The notes: generated by a model from the sequence alone, not told the origin. Positions 24,190 through 37,639 are shown, counted from the first letter of the stretch. The stretch is 64,000 nucleotides of DNA from Octopus sinensis (GCF_006345805.1 NC_043017.1:31992001-32056000); one strand, 5' to 3'. A program made the numbers and translations.

Positions 24190-24559
24190 GTTATTATTAT
24201 TGTTATTATTATTGTTGTTGTTGTTGTTAGTAGTAGTAGTAGTAGTAGTAGTACTAATAGGCGTTTTGATAATTGCGATAGTCTGAGCATTTATTCAACC
24301 GTTAACATCGCCATATTGTTTCTCCAGATGTGAACATTTCGTGGGTAACAAAGAATTTTTAGTAATTAAGTCTGCATTTACATATATCTAGGTATTCCTA
24401 GAATATGGATGCACTTTTATCGATTTGATTGCTCGCATGGGATGTCCCTTTATATTGAGAAAGCGGACGTGTTTATCGATCGAATATTTTCCTGGAAAAT
24501 GTTGAATAACTCCAGCAATTTAGCTTGGAAAAGTATATTAATAAGCCAAATTTTAAAAT

Positions 24560-27500
24560 TTCGGATAAACTTTAATTTTTGAAATGCTGGTAGCCAAACG
24601 AACTAGATCCGCATTTGCTCCAGCAAAGACGTGTTATGTGACTCTTCTCTATCGACTTCTTCTTTGCCATCAAACATTGACCAATGAAGCTATGAAACCT
24701 TCACACTTGAAATATTACTTTGATGCAAAGCATTGACAAGAAAGACAAGCCATTTTCATACTTTCTGCAACTGAGTGCCTCTTTCAAAAAGCAAATACAA
24801 ACATTCGACACGCTACTCCAGGAAACTAGTAAACAGGCGAATGACGGGTTGATTGCATTGTACAACATTGCATTGCTTGTTGCAAGTCTGGGAAGTCTCA
24901 CACAATTGAAGAAACATTATTTCCTCCCTGGTTATCGAAGAGTTTTTGTCAACCGTTATGCACAAAAAAACCGATAACATTATGAATAAAATCCCACTTA
25001 GTAATAATACAAATCCTCGACACATTGATGAAATGGGCAACTATGTCAAACATCAGCTCATTAATATTCTCCAAAGTTCTGAATTTTCTACACAAGTGGA
25101 TGAGTCAACTGTTGTGGACAATTAATGTTTGATGACGGCATATGTTCAGTATTTCAGCATTTCCTTACAAGCTTTCAACTTCGTGAGGAAATGCTGTTCA
25201 CAGAGAAATTGTCGCTTGATTCAAAAGGTGCAACTATTTTTCCCACTCTCAAGTCTTTCCTTTTCGAACATAATAATCCCACTCAGTAATATTCTTGTCT
25301 CTGCTTCTGATGGAGCCCCTTCGATGATAGAGAGATACAGGGGTTTTTCAGTTCTCCTAAAGTGTGAAATTTCTCACCAGACACTAACTGTTCATTGCTT
25401 GGCACACCGGCAGTACTTAGTGGCAAAAAATATGAACAGTAGATTGAACGATGCGCTGCAGTTAGTTATCAAGGCAGTGAACAAATTGAAGTCCAGTCCC
25501 TTGTCTGATCGAATTTTCCGTCAACTCTACCTGAGAAATGATGGGGACTATGCTAAACAACTATATTCTACCGAAGTGCAGTGGCTGTCAAAAGAAAACT
25601 GTTTTACGCTTTGTTGAACTGTTTTATGTAATCATATCTTTCTTTGAAGATACTCTACTATCCGCTTCATTTATGGCTGCAAGGTGCGATATCTTTTTTC
25701 TTTGTGATATATTCACAAAATTAAATGATTTGAATAAGTTATTGCAAAGAAACAGAAAAACTCTTGTTGATTGTAAATCATTTATCACTACCTTTGTTTC
25801 GAAATTGGTGTTAACATTTCAAACCGTGAATTCCATCAATTTTCCCAATTTGATTCTTTGAAAGATGAATTGGTTGATGAGGATTTACCTGCATGTTGCA
25901 ACTATTTACAATCATTGCACGGTGACACAGTGGAGCGATTTCAAAATGTTATTATGCTGAATATTCCAAATTGGTATGGCAGTCTGTTTGAGGTCAATGC
26001 AGTCAATTGCGAAGACGACGTTCAGGAAGAATTAATAGAATTACAAGATGACAATGACTCCACAATGCGATATTGCCGTAATAGCAAAGAAGGTTTGGAC
26101 TACCATCAAAGTTTATTGAATTGAGGCCATTGGCGATATTGCCATAATTGCAAAGAAGGTTTGGAGTACCATCAAAGTATATTGAATTCCTACCCGAATC
26201 TGTGGAAACATCTGAAATTACTTTTGCTTGCCTTCCCTATCTCATACCTTTTTGAATCTGGTTTTAGCTGTTATAGATGATGGTTGGTTACTGTAACCTT
26301 GAACGTTCAGCCACTGAAATAAGAATTAAGACTGGCCTTGTTACTACTGGAACCAAAGATTAATTAAGAAGCAAAAATCCTCGTGTTATGAAAGAATAAA
26401 AGCATTTTTGGTTGGAAAGAATGAAAGAGACTTCGTTAAACTTCCCGAATAATTTAATACAATTCAGAACAGGGAGGAATTCACCAATAGTATGCTTCGG
26501 TTGAAGCGGTACATGAATGCGACAGTGTACATTACTGTCTTGTCTTGTTGCGTTCTGTCTGGGGAAATTAAATGGGGAAATTAAATGTACGAGGGAATCC
26601 CGTACCCCGCTTGGGGTTACTTCTAGTGAAAGAGCAGGTAGAGCACATGGTGTGTAACTTGATAACTTTGTAATACTAGGCTGCTGGTCGGAGGCACTTG
26701 TTTGCTTAGGCCACGTGTAATAAAATCTGTGTGCTCTCAAACGCAGAGACATGTCCAGGTCAAAGAGAGGTGGAAATCCCGCGGCTATTCAGTATATAGC
26801 CCCAAAGACTGCTGCCCACCCCCTCGGCGACTAAAAAAAAAACTTCTAGAACATTCCGCGGCTCAATGAGATTAGTAAAAGTGACATAAATCCGATTTCT
26901 TGGAAGCTTCTAGAATGTTTTTCATGGAAGATCTCTATGGGTAACTCCCATGGTTCACCAACGTTAAATAGGTACTGATAAACCTGTTTCCAATTACATA
27001 ACTCCTTCATACACATGTTGGAATTTTACTTTCCCATAAAAGAATTGGACTGAATGTGACACAACAAAGAGACTTGCGGCTAAAGTTGATAAGTTTGAAA
27101 CCAAATGTATCTGCACTAGTAGCAGACACATGGTTCCCATTAAAAAGTTGTATTCTTTTCCTTTGTAATACAATCATTAATTATTTTTGCATCGGTAATT
27201 CTAATCAAATGGTTCATTTGGGGAAAATAAAAACCAGTGTAAAAGAAAGCGGAAGTTTACTGAAGTTTATCTGTCAGCATAATCTAGAGGTAACATAAGC
27301 ATTTTATTCACACTAATGGCAAAACTAAACTCACAATAAAGGACTTGTAAACAATTTCATGTTTAGTCCAAACAGTACTAACTGGGCAACGAGTCTACGA
27401 TATAGTCTGTGTCAAATGATACGGGAGGGAGGGGTCTCCTAGAGGATTTAGTGTTGGTGGTGTGTCAGGGATTTTTTTTTCTACACCAGTGGGTGATGGA

Positions 27501-27564
27501 GCATTTTTTTTGGCTGATATGTGGGCGATATTGCAATTTGGCACAAAAAGTTTGGGAAACACTG
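24560..27564 (+). mobile_element. Degenerate Buster/Charlie-type hAT transposon
   Basis: Fragments NEAMKPSHLK, QVDEST, DGAPSM, HCLAHR, TEVQWLS, FPISYLFESGFS, QRDLRLKL; right TIR AGTTTGGGAAACACTG followed by CTCTAGAG (nnnTAnnn); left TIR not found. Confidence 0.88.
26269..27013. mobile_element. Probable solo LTR inside the hAT transposase
   Basis: TG..CA bounded 745-bp insert that splits ESGFS from HVGILLSHKR; AATAAA motifs present; no clear TSD. Confidence 0.55.
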
Positions 27565-27785
27565 CTCTAGAGAATTTCGCGAGAATTGCCATTACGGTTG
27601 GAGAACAAATATACAATTTGCAACGAGTGAAAGTCTAGCTATATATGAAACAGTGAAAGAAAAAGGAAAAAATCATGGTTGAGGCAAGTCAAGAAACACT
27701 ATCACCTCATGCAAGAAATTTACAAAGAAAAGGGAAAGGAAAGAAATTATTCACTCATTTTTCCAAACAACAAGGAAGGTATGTA

Positions 27786-29055
27786 CGAGGGGCGTTCAAT
27801 AAGTAATGCCCCTGACCCAACTGCAGTTATTTGATCTAGCTGATATTTTGCATGTGCACTTAATAATACCTCTATAGATTAAGTGGCGAATTACAGCTCT
27901 GAACTAATTGTGGTTTCTGATTTACAGGTATTTGAACTGAGTCAAGTGTGAAATGGAGCCCGTTGAGTGTCGAGCAGTGATCTGGTTTTTGTATTTGAAA
28001 TGACGCACACCACAGGAGACTTTTGATGAAATGAAAGTAACTTATGGTGATGATGCCCCATCACATGACCTTGTAAAACACTGGCATTGTGAATTCAAAC
28101 ATAGTCGGAACTCTGTGGAAACAGCTCCCAGATCTGGTCGCCCCCTTCTGCCGTTGATGAGACGTCTGTCCGTCAAGTTGAGGCTGCTATTTTGGAAGGT
28201 CAACGCATAACTATTCGCCAAATAGCCCATAAGGTCAAGATTAGTACCGGGTCTGTGGAAACTATCATTCATGAACATTTGCATATGCAAAAGGTGTCTG
28301 CCAGATGGATTTCCAGGTTGCTCACACCTTTCCAGAAGCAAGAACGCGTTGAGTGCTCGAGGATGAATTTGGAGATGTGCCAAGAAGATGAGTCAAAATT
28401 TTTCAAAAGACTGATCACACAGAATAAAACCTGGATCCATCACTATGATCCAGAGACCAAAGCCCAGTCAATGCAGTGAAAGCACCGTTACTCACCTCCT
28501 CCAAAGAAGGCAAGGGTGCAGCCCTCCGCTGACAAGGTTATGCTCACAGTCTTCTGGGACCAGGACGAAGTAGTGATGACAGATGTCCTGGCAAAGGGTA
28601 CCACAATTACAGGAACCTATTATGCTTCACTTTTGAGGAAATTAAGAGAAGCTATCAAAATCAATAGGCGGGGCAAGATCAGCAAAGGCATCCTCCTCCT
28701 GCAGGACAACGCTCCGGTCCACAACTCGCGTGTCGCCAGATTAGAAGCACAGGCGTGCAGCTATGAACTCCTCCCCTTGCACCCTCTGATTTTCACCTCT
28801 TCCCAGCCATGAAGTTTATTTTGAAAGGAAAGCGTTTCCCAGATGATGCAGCCTTGATTCCTGAAGTCACGTCGTGGTTGGAGGACCAAGGTGGGGTCTT
28901 CTACAAAAACGGTCTCCAGAGCTGTATCAAACGATGGGAGAAATGCATAACTCTGAGTAGTTCCTATGTAGGAAAAGACTAATAACTGTGCCAAGTGTCG
29001 TTGTTCTACTACTATGGGAAGTGGGTCAGGGGCATTACTTATTGAACGCCCCTCG
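27786..29055 (+). mobile_element. Full-length mariner (irritans-like) with TIRs and TA TSD
   Basis: TIR CGAGGGGCGTTCAATAAGTAATGCCCCTGACCCA at both ends; 1270 bp. Confidence 0.95.
27953..28982 (+). pseudogene. Mariner transposase pseudogene
   Basis: MEPVECRAVI..PRSGRP..KVSARWISRLLT..TWIHHYDPETK..KVMLTVFWD..LLQDNAPVH..LAPSDFHLF; stops, frameshifts and loss of HPPYSPD. Confidence 0.92.
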
Positions 29056-32000
29056 TATGTTATAATTATTGATGTAATGATTCTTCCAAGACACAGCAAA
29101 ATTTGTTTCAACATACGAACTCACATAAAAAAATTATGCAAACTAAAACCAATAATGAAAAACGACAATAGGTATAGTAAATTTTTTATTGTTCCATTAC
29201 ATTGTACGCCTATGACAGAGCTCCGCAAAAAACCAAATTTCGGTTTGATTTCCTTGGGTTACAAAAAATACGTGTTCTGGTTTTACTAAGTGGAGGCCTT
29301 CGGATTGTTTAACTACCTACCCCATTACCTGTGAAAAGCGAAAGTTTGTCTTCAGATATTTTTAACTACATATGTGTTTTTGGCAAATCGCCATTTATAT
29401 TGTTTAATTGTGGTTTAAAATGGTCTCAGGAGTAGCAGAAAGTTCACAACAGTGGTAGTAGCCATAGCCACAACAATATAAACAAACACGTCGCCAAACT
29501 ATTTTGAACAAAAAAATAAAAACTTAAAAAACCGCAGACAATGGAAAATATCGAACATATGTACATATATAGAGTTCCAACGTTAAATAATTATGGTTCT
29601 CAGTGGAAAGCCTCACAAAAGAATAATATTCGAAACATTAATTTGAATGGCCAAAATCAGTAGAAATAGCAGCAAAATATTGAAAATACAACAATATTTT
29701 ATCTTGCAAATGTCGTAGGATGAAATAGGTGAATGGGCTCGAACCAATGTCAGGAAAAGGAGAAGCGACGAGAACGGTTTTTAACAGGGAAAGTGTCGCG
29801 TTACCCCTGTAAGTTATTCAGGAAAAGACAAGAAAGAAGGCAACATACTCCATTAAAAAAAAAAAAAATATGGGCTTCCGTATTCATTCGAAGAATAGCT
29901 GAAGGGAGTCCTGGATAATGTGCAAGAGAATGTTGTTCCATTGATTGAAATGAGGTATAGGGAAGTGTGTGCTTGACTTTTGATCAATCACACGTTTTTG
30001 TGTAACAAGACGAGTAGAATTGGTTTGCTTCGTGTCTGCTCCACAGGTTGGGGGTCTAAGTACAGTAATACGTCACTTTGTGAGATCCCAGCTTTATTTT
30101 TCAAGCACAAGATCCAAATTTTGAACGAAGGGCAAAAGTCTCTGCTACCACAACAAATGCTTCTGCGTGATACTATTGAAAAGGTTGTAAGACGCAACGA
30201 AAATTTTAGGACAATTAAAATAAGAAAAAAGTGGATATTTTACCGGTGAGTGTGTTATATTATAAGGCACAAAAAAGGACTCTCCCCAGACATAACAGAA
30301 TATGCTTCAACACTCGAACTCATGTAAAGAATCTTGCAAACCAAATCCAAAAACGAAATAGCTCTAGACTTGTTTTTTGAAAAGGAATCTACAAGTCCAT
30401 CTACGAGTGCTTGTGAATCAACGATCGCGTCTGCAAGTGATTGTGTGCGCAAGTCTAGTGCGAGGGGAAAGTGATTCAGAAAACGATTATAATAGCAATA
30501 TTTTTTTTATTACGAATGATCTTGACATTCTTTTTACTTTCATAAAATATTCTTTACATTCTATTGTAATTTTATTGTCATTTATTCACGAGTATCATAA
30601 AGTTTTAGATAAAATATTTTTCTGGGAACAAATTACGATTCATAACGTTGTTACAATGCCATGCAGGCACTCTAATAATGCAAAACAAAGTGGTTGGGTG
30701 TCTTTTCGACTGCCATCCCCATTAGCCACTGAGCTGACCGCCTTTTATCTGTGACGGCGTATTTAACAATGTGAAACTAAATGCATTTAGTTTCGTGTCA
30801 TTACAACATTCCCCCGCTTTTCTTTAAGCAATTCACAGACAAATAAAACTGGCAAAGGAAAATTGAAAATAGGTTTTTTCTCCCTCTCAAAGAAAGAAAA
30901 AAAAACTGTTTTGTTGCAAGAGCAATATGCAACATGCATTTCAAATAACATGAACAGTTTTATGGTACTAAGTTTTTGTAGCACTCTGATGTTTTCACTT
31001 GTGATTTTTTGCGGGGTTGGCATTGAGCATTTCTCATGCGTCTGACCATTATTTTGTGTTTCTGCATTATTATCAGGAGAAGCATTTATGATTTCTTTCC
31101 TTGAATCCTGTTGAGTAACATGTTCCGTGGAGTTTGTAGGATCTGTAACCTGTTTCCTGGAGGTTGTAGGGTCTGTTGTTCGGTTGTCTGTCCCCATAGT
31201 GTTGGGTAATCTGGCAGGCATTTCAATCTGAGCAGTCTGTTCATACTGTTTGTCTATGCCTATACCAGTATCTCTTATTTCTCGTCTGTTTCTCCGCAAA
31301 TCTCCATCTGTTGTTTTCACAATGTAAGACCTCGGTTCTTCACATTGTCTTGCTATTTCTGCAGGTATCCAACGTTTGTTGTTTTTTTCAAGGATTTGTA
31401 CAGGTTGTCCTGTGTGCAACGGAGGTTATTCCGTCTTTGCATGCTGGTCATATGCAGTTTTCATTTGTATTTTCTTTTCTTCAAGAAGTTTTCTCTGTCT
31501 TTGAGTTTCAGGAGAATAGCTCCAGCGTAATGGATCTCAGCGGGAGACGGCATCTTTGAGTTTAATGGTGTGGCTCTTAGATTCAACAATCCATTTTTTA
31601 AGTCTTCTTTGCTTTGTTCCCATTTTTGGATTGTCTTTTTGATGGTCTGTACTTGTCTCTCTATGAATCTGTTTGATTGGGGGTGCCTTGGTGATGATGT
31701 AGTATGTTGAATTCCCCGCTCCTGTATGAATTATTGAAATGGTTTTCTGGTATATTGAGGACCATTGTTGCTGAAGATTTCATCGAGTCTGCCAAAGAGA
31801 GACACAGTCTTTTTGAATTCCTCTGTGACTGCTTTGCTTGTGATTTGGCTGAGGTGAGTCACAATCGGAAATTTGGAGAAGTAGTCACAAATTAGCAGAT
31901 AAGTTTTGCCGTTGATTTCAAATAGATCTGTTCCTAGTTTTTTCCATGGTGCACTGGGAATGTCACGAGGTGTCAGTGGCTCTTTGTTGTTGGAAGTTGC

Positions 32001-32070
32001 AAATCCTTGGTATATTTGACAGGATCTGCACATTTCTTTGATGCCTTTGTTGATGTATTACCAATAGACA

Positions 32071-32478
32071 GGCGTAGGAGTGGCTGTGTGGTAAGTAGCT
32101 TGTTTACCAACCACATGGTTACGGGTTCAGTCCCACTGCGTGGCACCTTGGGCAAGTGTCTTCTACTATAGCCTCGGGCCGACCAAAGCCTTGTGAGTGG
32201 ATTTGGTAGACGGAAACTGAAAGAAGCCCGTCGTATATATGTATATATATATATATGTATGCGTGTGTGTTTGTGTGTCTGTGTTTGTCCCCCTAGCATT
32301 GCTTGACAACCGATGCTAGTGTGTTTACGTCCCCGTCACTTAGCGGTTCGGCAAAAAGAGACCGATAGAATAAGTACTGGGCTTACAAAGAATAAGTCCC
32401 GGGGTCGAGTTGCTCGATTAAAAGGCGGTGCTCCAGCATGGCCGCAGTCAAATGACTGAAACAAGTAAAAAGAGTAAA
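32071..32478 (+). mobile_element. SINE family A nested in the Gypsy integrase
   Basis: Full-length family match. Confidence 0.9.
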
Positions 32479-32796
32479 AAAAGCGAGACACCTTAACGAG
32501 TGTGAAGGCGTCTATTGGTCATACATCTTTTCTATCCCTTGACGAGAGGCGTGGAGCTGTACTAGAAAGTCCTATTGTAGAGGAGGAGGTATCAGCACTT
32601 GTGTCCCTTTGAAGACGATTCCATCTTCTACAGCCAATTTGTCTCCAAAAGACCAGTATGTCATTACATCGCCTGGGACTTGTTTGATGTTGTCTGGCCA
32701 CCCACAAGTGATTGTTTCCATCGGTGTAGCAAAAGAAGAATCTCTGCTGGTGAACTCCCACAGTTGGTAACGTTTGTTGATGGAAAAACTGACAAC

Positions 32797-32978
32797 GTGT
32801 AGGAGTGGCTGTGTGGTAAGTAGCTTGCTTACGAGCCACATGGTTCCGGCTTCAGTCCCACTGCGTGACACCTTGGGCCAGTGTCTTCTTCAATAGCCTC
32901 AGGCCGACCAAAGCCTTATGAGTGGATTTGGTAGACGGAAACTGAAAGAAGCCTGTCGTATATATGTGTATATATGTA

Positions 32979-33009
<31 letters not shown>

Positions 33010-33292
33010 TTATGTATGTATGTATTTATGTATCTATGTTTGTATCTATGTATGTATGTATCTATGTATGTATGTGTGTGTAAATGTTTGTGTGTCTGTG
33101 TTTGTCACCCCTCAACATCGATTGACAACCGATGCTGGTGTGTTTACGTCCCTGTAACTTAGCGGTTCGGCAAAAGAGACCAATAGAATAAGTACTAGGC
33201 TTACAAAGAATAAGTCATGGGGTCGACTTGCTCGACTAAAGGTAGTGCTCCAGCATGGCCGCAGTCAAATGACTGAAACAAGTAAAAGAGTA
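32797..33292 (+). mobile_element. SINE family A nested in Gypsy pol
   Basis: Family match with an expanded internal microsatellite. Confidence 0.88.
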
Positions 33293-34056
33293 AGATCAAA
33301 TTCCGATTGGTGGATTTCTCTTGCAGTAAATTCGATCCTATCCACTCTCAAGTCCAGGTCAGTGTCTTCATTGTCTTCACAGCTTGGAAAACGAGAGGCA
33401 GTGTAAGCCAATGTCATGGTGTGCTCTGGGCAGTATTTGATTTTGAAATCATATCCCTGAATTTTCTGGAGCATCGGTTGTTGGGGTAGTGCTCAAAGAA
33501 GAGGGGTTTTTCTGCAATCACCTCCAGGGGTTTGTGGTCTGTGATGACTTGTGGAAACAAGTGATTCTGAATACCTATTTCTTTATTACCCACAAGGGGC
33601 TAAACACAGAGAGGACAAACAAGGACAGACAAACGGATTAAGTCGATTATATCGACCCCAGTGCGTAACTGGTACTTATTTAATACCACAGCCAGCATTT
33701 CGCGATCGATGTTTGGGTAGTTTGACTGAGTTTTGTCAAGGGCTTTTGATGCAAATGCTACAGGTTATCCATCTTGTACATTAGCTGCTCCAAGTCCTTT
33801 CAAAGAGCTGTCTACTTCTAATTGAATGATCCTTTGTTCAAGTTCTTTTTCTTCAAACTCACGTTTTTTCCCTATTGTTTGGACTCTTGTAACAAAGCCA
33901 TCAATTGTCTCATCATGTCGCTGTCTATCAGTTTAAGGCGATGTATTCCGAAACTGGTGTTTGTCTTGACTTGTGCTTCAAACAATTTCCACAGTTTATT
34001 TGGGAATTTCTTGTCAGCGCCAGATGCATTCAGACGTTTGAATCCTTCACTTCCAA

Positions 34057-34248
34057 TACCTATTTCTTTACTACTCACAGAGAGGACAAACAAGGACAGA
34101 CAAACGGATTAAGTCGATTACATCGACCCCAGTGCGTAACTGGTACTTAATTTATCGACCCCGAAAGGATGAAAGGCAAAGTCGACCTCGGCGGAATCTG
34201 AACTCAGAACGTAACGGCAGACGAAATACGGTTACGCATTTCGCCTTC
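34057..34248 (-). mobile_element. SINE family B with an ~11-bp TSD (CTTCCAATACC)
   Basis: Direct repeat on both sides; family match. Confidence 0.8.
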
Positions 34249-34276
34249 CAATACCACTTAATATTTTTAATGCTAA

Positions 34277-34491
34277 AGTGGTGAGCTGGCAGAATCGTTA
34301 GCACACCTGGCAAAATGCTTGGTGGCATTTCATCTGTCTGCACGTTTTGTGTTCAAATACCGTCAAGGTCGACTTTGCCATTCATCCTTTTGGGGTCGAT
34401 TAAAAAAAAATCCCAGCCATGTACTGGAGGTTGATGTAATAGATTATCCCCACCCCACCAAATTTCAAGTTTTGTACCTGTAGTAGAAAGG

Positions 34492-34575
<84 letters not shown>

Positions 34576-35980
34576 TATTAAGGTGGTGAGCTGGCATAAT
34601 CGTTAGCACACCTGGCAAAATGCTTAGTGGCATTTCGTCTGTCTGCACGTTTTGTGTTCAAATTCCGTCAAGGTCGACTTTGCCATTCATCCTTTTGGGG
34701 GTCGATTAAAAAAAGTTCCAGTCAGGTACTGGGGGTTGATGTAATTGATTATCCCCCTCCCCAAATTTCAAGTTTTGTACCTGTAGTAGAAAGGATTATT
34801 ATTACTATTATTAGTATTGAGTGAGAGAGCAGTGCATGCCATCAAAGTGACACTGGGGTAAAATATACGAAACCCAGTATACCCATCATGACTACCCGTC
34901 TGATAAGGGTACACCAGGCACATGCATCACAACCATATGTGCGCGACATGGTGATCTCATATCAAGATAAACAGCACATGACCTTACAGGTGGGGCCCAG
35001 TTAGAATTTTCTTCTGGTTGTGTAGCCCATCCCGCTCAAAAGGTCCCTGAATAAGGGTTGTTTAAGGATGTTGAATGAAACACCCATGTTTCCAAAGGAG
35101 AATTATCCAAACCTCGAAGAATTCCTTTCAACACATGGCTATGATGCTCCCCCACTACTTCTGCTCGTGATCAGAGATGCACATATCGTCAGCCACTAAG
35201 GGACATGCTCAACTGGTTAAGATCAAACAACTGACAGGCAAATCTGTGGTATTGAGCAGAATATTTGCTGTAGCCCATCTTTTATACCAAGACGAACAAT
35301 GTACATGATAACACTTCCAATCAGTTAAGATCAGAAGCCATGAGATCTGCTGCTTGGTACTGCATCAGGGCATTTATTGTTATTATTATTATTATTATTA
35401 TTTATTAAGGTGGTGTGCTGGCATAATCGTTAGCACACCTGGCAAAATGCTTGGTGGCATTTCGTCTGTCTGCACGTTTTGTGTTCAAATTCCGTCAAGG
35501 TCGACTTTGCCAATCATCATTTTGGGGTCGATTAAAAAAAAATCCCAGTCAGGTACTGGGGGTTGATGTAATTGATTATCCCCCCACCCAAATTTCAAGT
35601 TTTGTACCTGTAGTAGAAAGGATTATTATTACTATTATTATTATTGAGTGAGAGAGCAGTGCATGCCATCAAAGTGACACTGGGGTAAAATATACGAAGC
35701 CCAGTATACCCATCATGACTACCCGTCTGATAAGGGTACACTAGGCACATGCATTCACAACCATATGTGCTCGACATCGTGATCTCACATCAAAATAAAC
35801 AGCACATGACCTTGCAGGTGGGGCCCAGTTAGAATTTTCTTCAGGTTGAGTAGCCCATCCCACTCGAATGGTCCCTGAATAAGGGTTGTTTAAGGATGTT
35901 GAACGAAACACCCACGTTTCCAGAAGTGAATTATTCAAACCCCAAAGAATCCCTCTCAATACATGGCTATGATGCTCCCC

Positions 35981-36069
<89 letters not shown>

Positions 36070-36302
36070 TATTATTATTTATTAAGGTGGTGAGCTGGCA
36101 GAATCGTTAGCACACCTGGCAAAATGCTTGGTGGCATTTCGTCTGTCTGCACGTTCTGTGTTCAAATTCCGTCAAGGTCGACTTTGCCATTTTATCTTTT
36201 TGGGGTCGATTAAAAATAAAGTTCCAGTCAGCTACTGAGGGTTGATGTAATTGATTATCCCCCTCCTCAAATTTCAAGTTTTGTACCTGTAGTAGAATGG
36301 AT
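34277..36302 (+). repeat. Four locally amplified family B SINEs separated by (ATT)n (34277, 34579, 35406, 36083)
   Basis: Shared variants CACCTGGCAAAATGCTT, GTCAAGGTCGACTTTGCCA, TTTTGTACCTGTAGTAGAA. Confidence 0.8.
34819..35374 (-). mobile_element. ~555-bp (TAA)n-associated non-autonomous retroelement, full length
   Basis: Same ends as 49114-49664; truncated copies 35646-35980 and 49803-50118 share only the end next to the TAA tail. Confidence 0.7.
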
Positions 36303-37639
36303 TATTATTACTATTATTATTATTATTAATATTATTATTATTATTATTATTATTATTGCTTGGCTAAAGCTGTAAGCATTCGCAAGAAACTTTTGGAGGG
36401 GCGCGGTTTACGAAAACTGAAAGGAGCTCTGTCTTTTCCGAGTAGGGAATTAGCTGGATTCTAGTTGGTTGGTGAGTTTTCACCTTCGGTTGGGCCTCTT
36501 GCTCTTATTTATACTTAAATGCATTTGTTTAGCGCAAACATTTTAACACGTTTTAATATATTCTAATACATTTTGTTCCCCACAACCAGCGCTCTTATCA
36601 AATAGATGTGCATTCCCACACGTATTGTAACCCTTTTTTAATGACACATTTTGTATTGTATCTATGGTCTATTGTGGCCAATAAAAAGGATTGTTATTAC
36701 TATTAGAGCATAAATATAATGGAAATAGTTGAGTGCCTGATTTAATGTATTACAACAAAATATTCTGTTCGCTGCATAACGATAGATGTGAGTTTAATTA
36801 CCCCCACCGACATCTACCTCACCTTTCATGCCTCCATTTAGAAGTAGTAAGCCACCAGAGAAATGAAGATTGCATTGACTTTATTTCTCTACTAAAATAA
36901 TTGGCCAAAAATAATTGCTTTAGTAAGAAATAATTATGTTTTTATATTCTCCTTGCTATGGTGTAAAGAGATGTGTTGTTGCCAAGTAGATGATGTTCTA
37001 AGTGTAGACCTCATGGGACACAGTTCAAATCTCTACTAAAATAATCGGTCTCTTTCTGTTGGCTTAACTGAGAAATAATTGGTACAGACAGGACGATAGT
37101 GCAGTTAAAGATTTTGTAAAAGTTAATTTATAGTTCAAATTTCTTTCTCACAACAAGGTACCTTGGTTGACAATCTTTACCGCAGCCCCAAGTCAGTCAA
37201 CTCCTTGTAAGTGGAATTTGAGTTTTGGAAATTGTATGGAAGGATGGCAGATTGGACTGTATTTGTGCTTGTGTGATAAACTTTGCCCATCACCAGCTTA
37301 ATGCGGATGTGCTTGGCTTAGTGGTTAGGGTGCTGGATTCATGATCATAAGATTGTGGTTTCAATTCCTGGACCGGGCAACGCATTGTATTCTTGAGCAA
37401 AACACTTCATTTCACATTGCTCCAATCCATTCAGCAGGCAAAAATGAGTAATCCTGTAATGGACTGTTGTCCCATCCAGGTGGGGAAATTTATACACCAT
37501 GAAACCAGGAAACTAGCCCTTATGAGCTGGCACGGCTCAAGAAGATAACTTTACCTCTACCATCATTGATTTAACAGCACCCATTGGAACTTAGGTGACT
37601 TTAGCAGTATTCACTCTGTTGGAAGCATTCAAACTGAGT

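Larger units (their letters stand above)
30649..34055 (-). mobile_element. Degenerate Gypsy LTR retrotransposon (gag fragment, RNase H end, integrase, PPT, 3' LTR) with nested SINEs
   Basis: Integrase PWKKLGTDLFEINGKTYLLICDYFSKFP; RNase H ITDHKPL..LQKIQGYDFKIKY; PPT AAAGAAAAGCGGGGGAA (30809-30825) abutting TGTTGTAA. Confidence 0.88.

Noticed and set aside
29700-30200. Possible piggyBac transposase relic (GKDKKEGNIL; RVCSTG..CEIPALF)
   Set aside because: Similarity is only impressionistic, with many stops and no TTAA/TIR ends; it needs a profile search.
35300-35374. HDV-like or hammerhead ribozyme at the 5' end of the TAA-associated element
   Set aside because: No P1/P3/L3 pattern or complete hammerhead core could be fitted by eye.
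36355-36700. Possible solo LTR or LINE 3' end with AATAAA
   Set aside because: No clear TG..CA ends, TSD or second copy.
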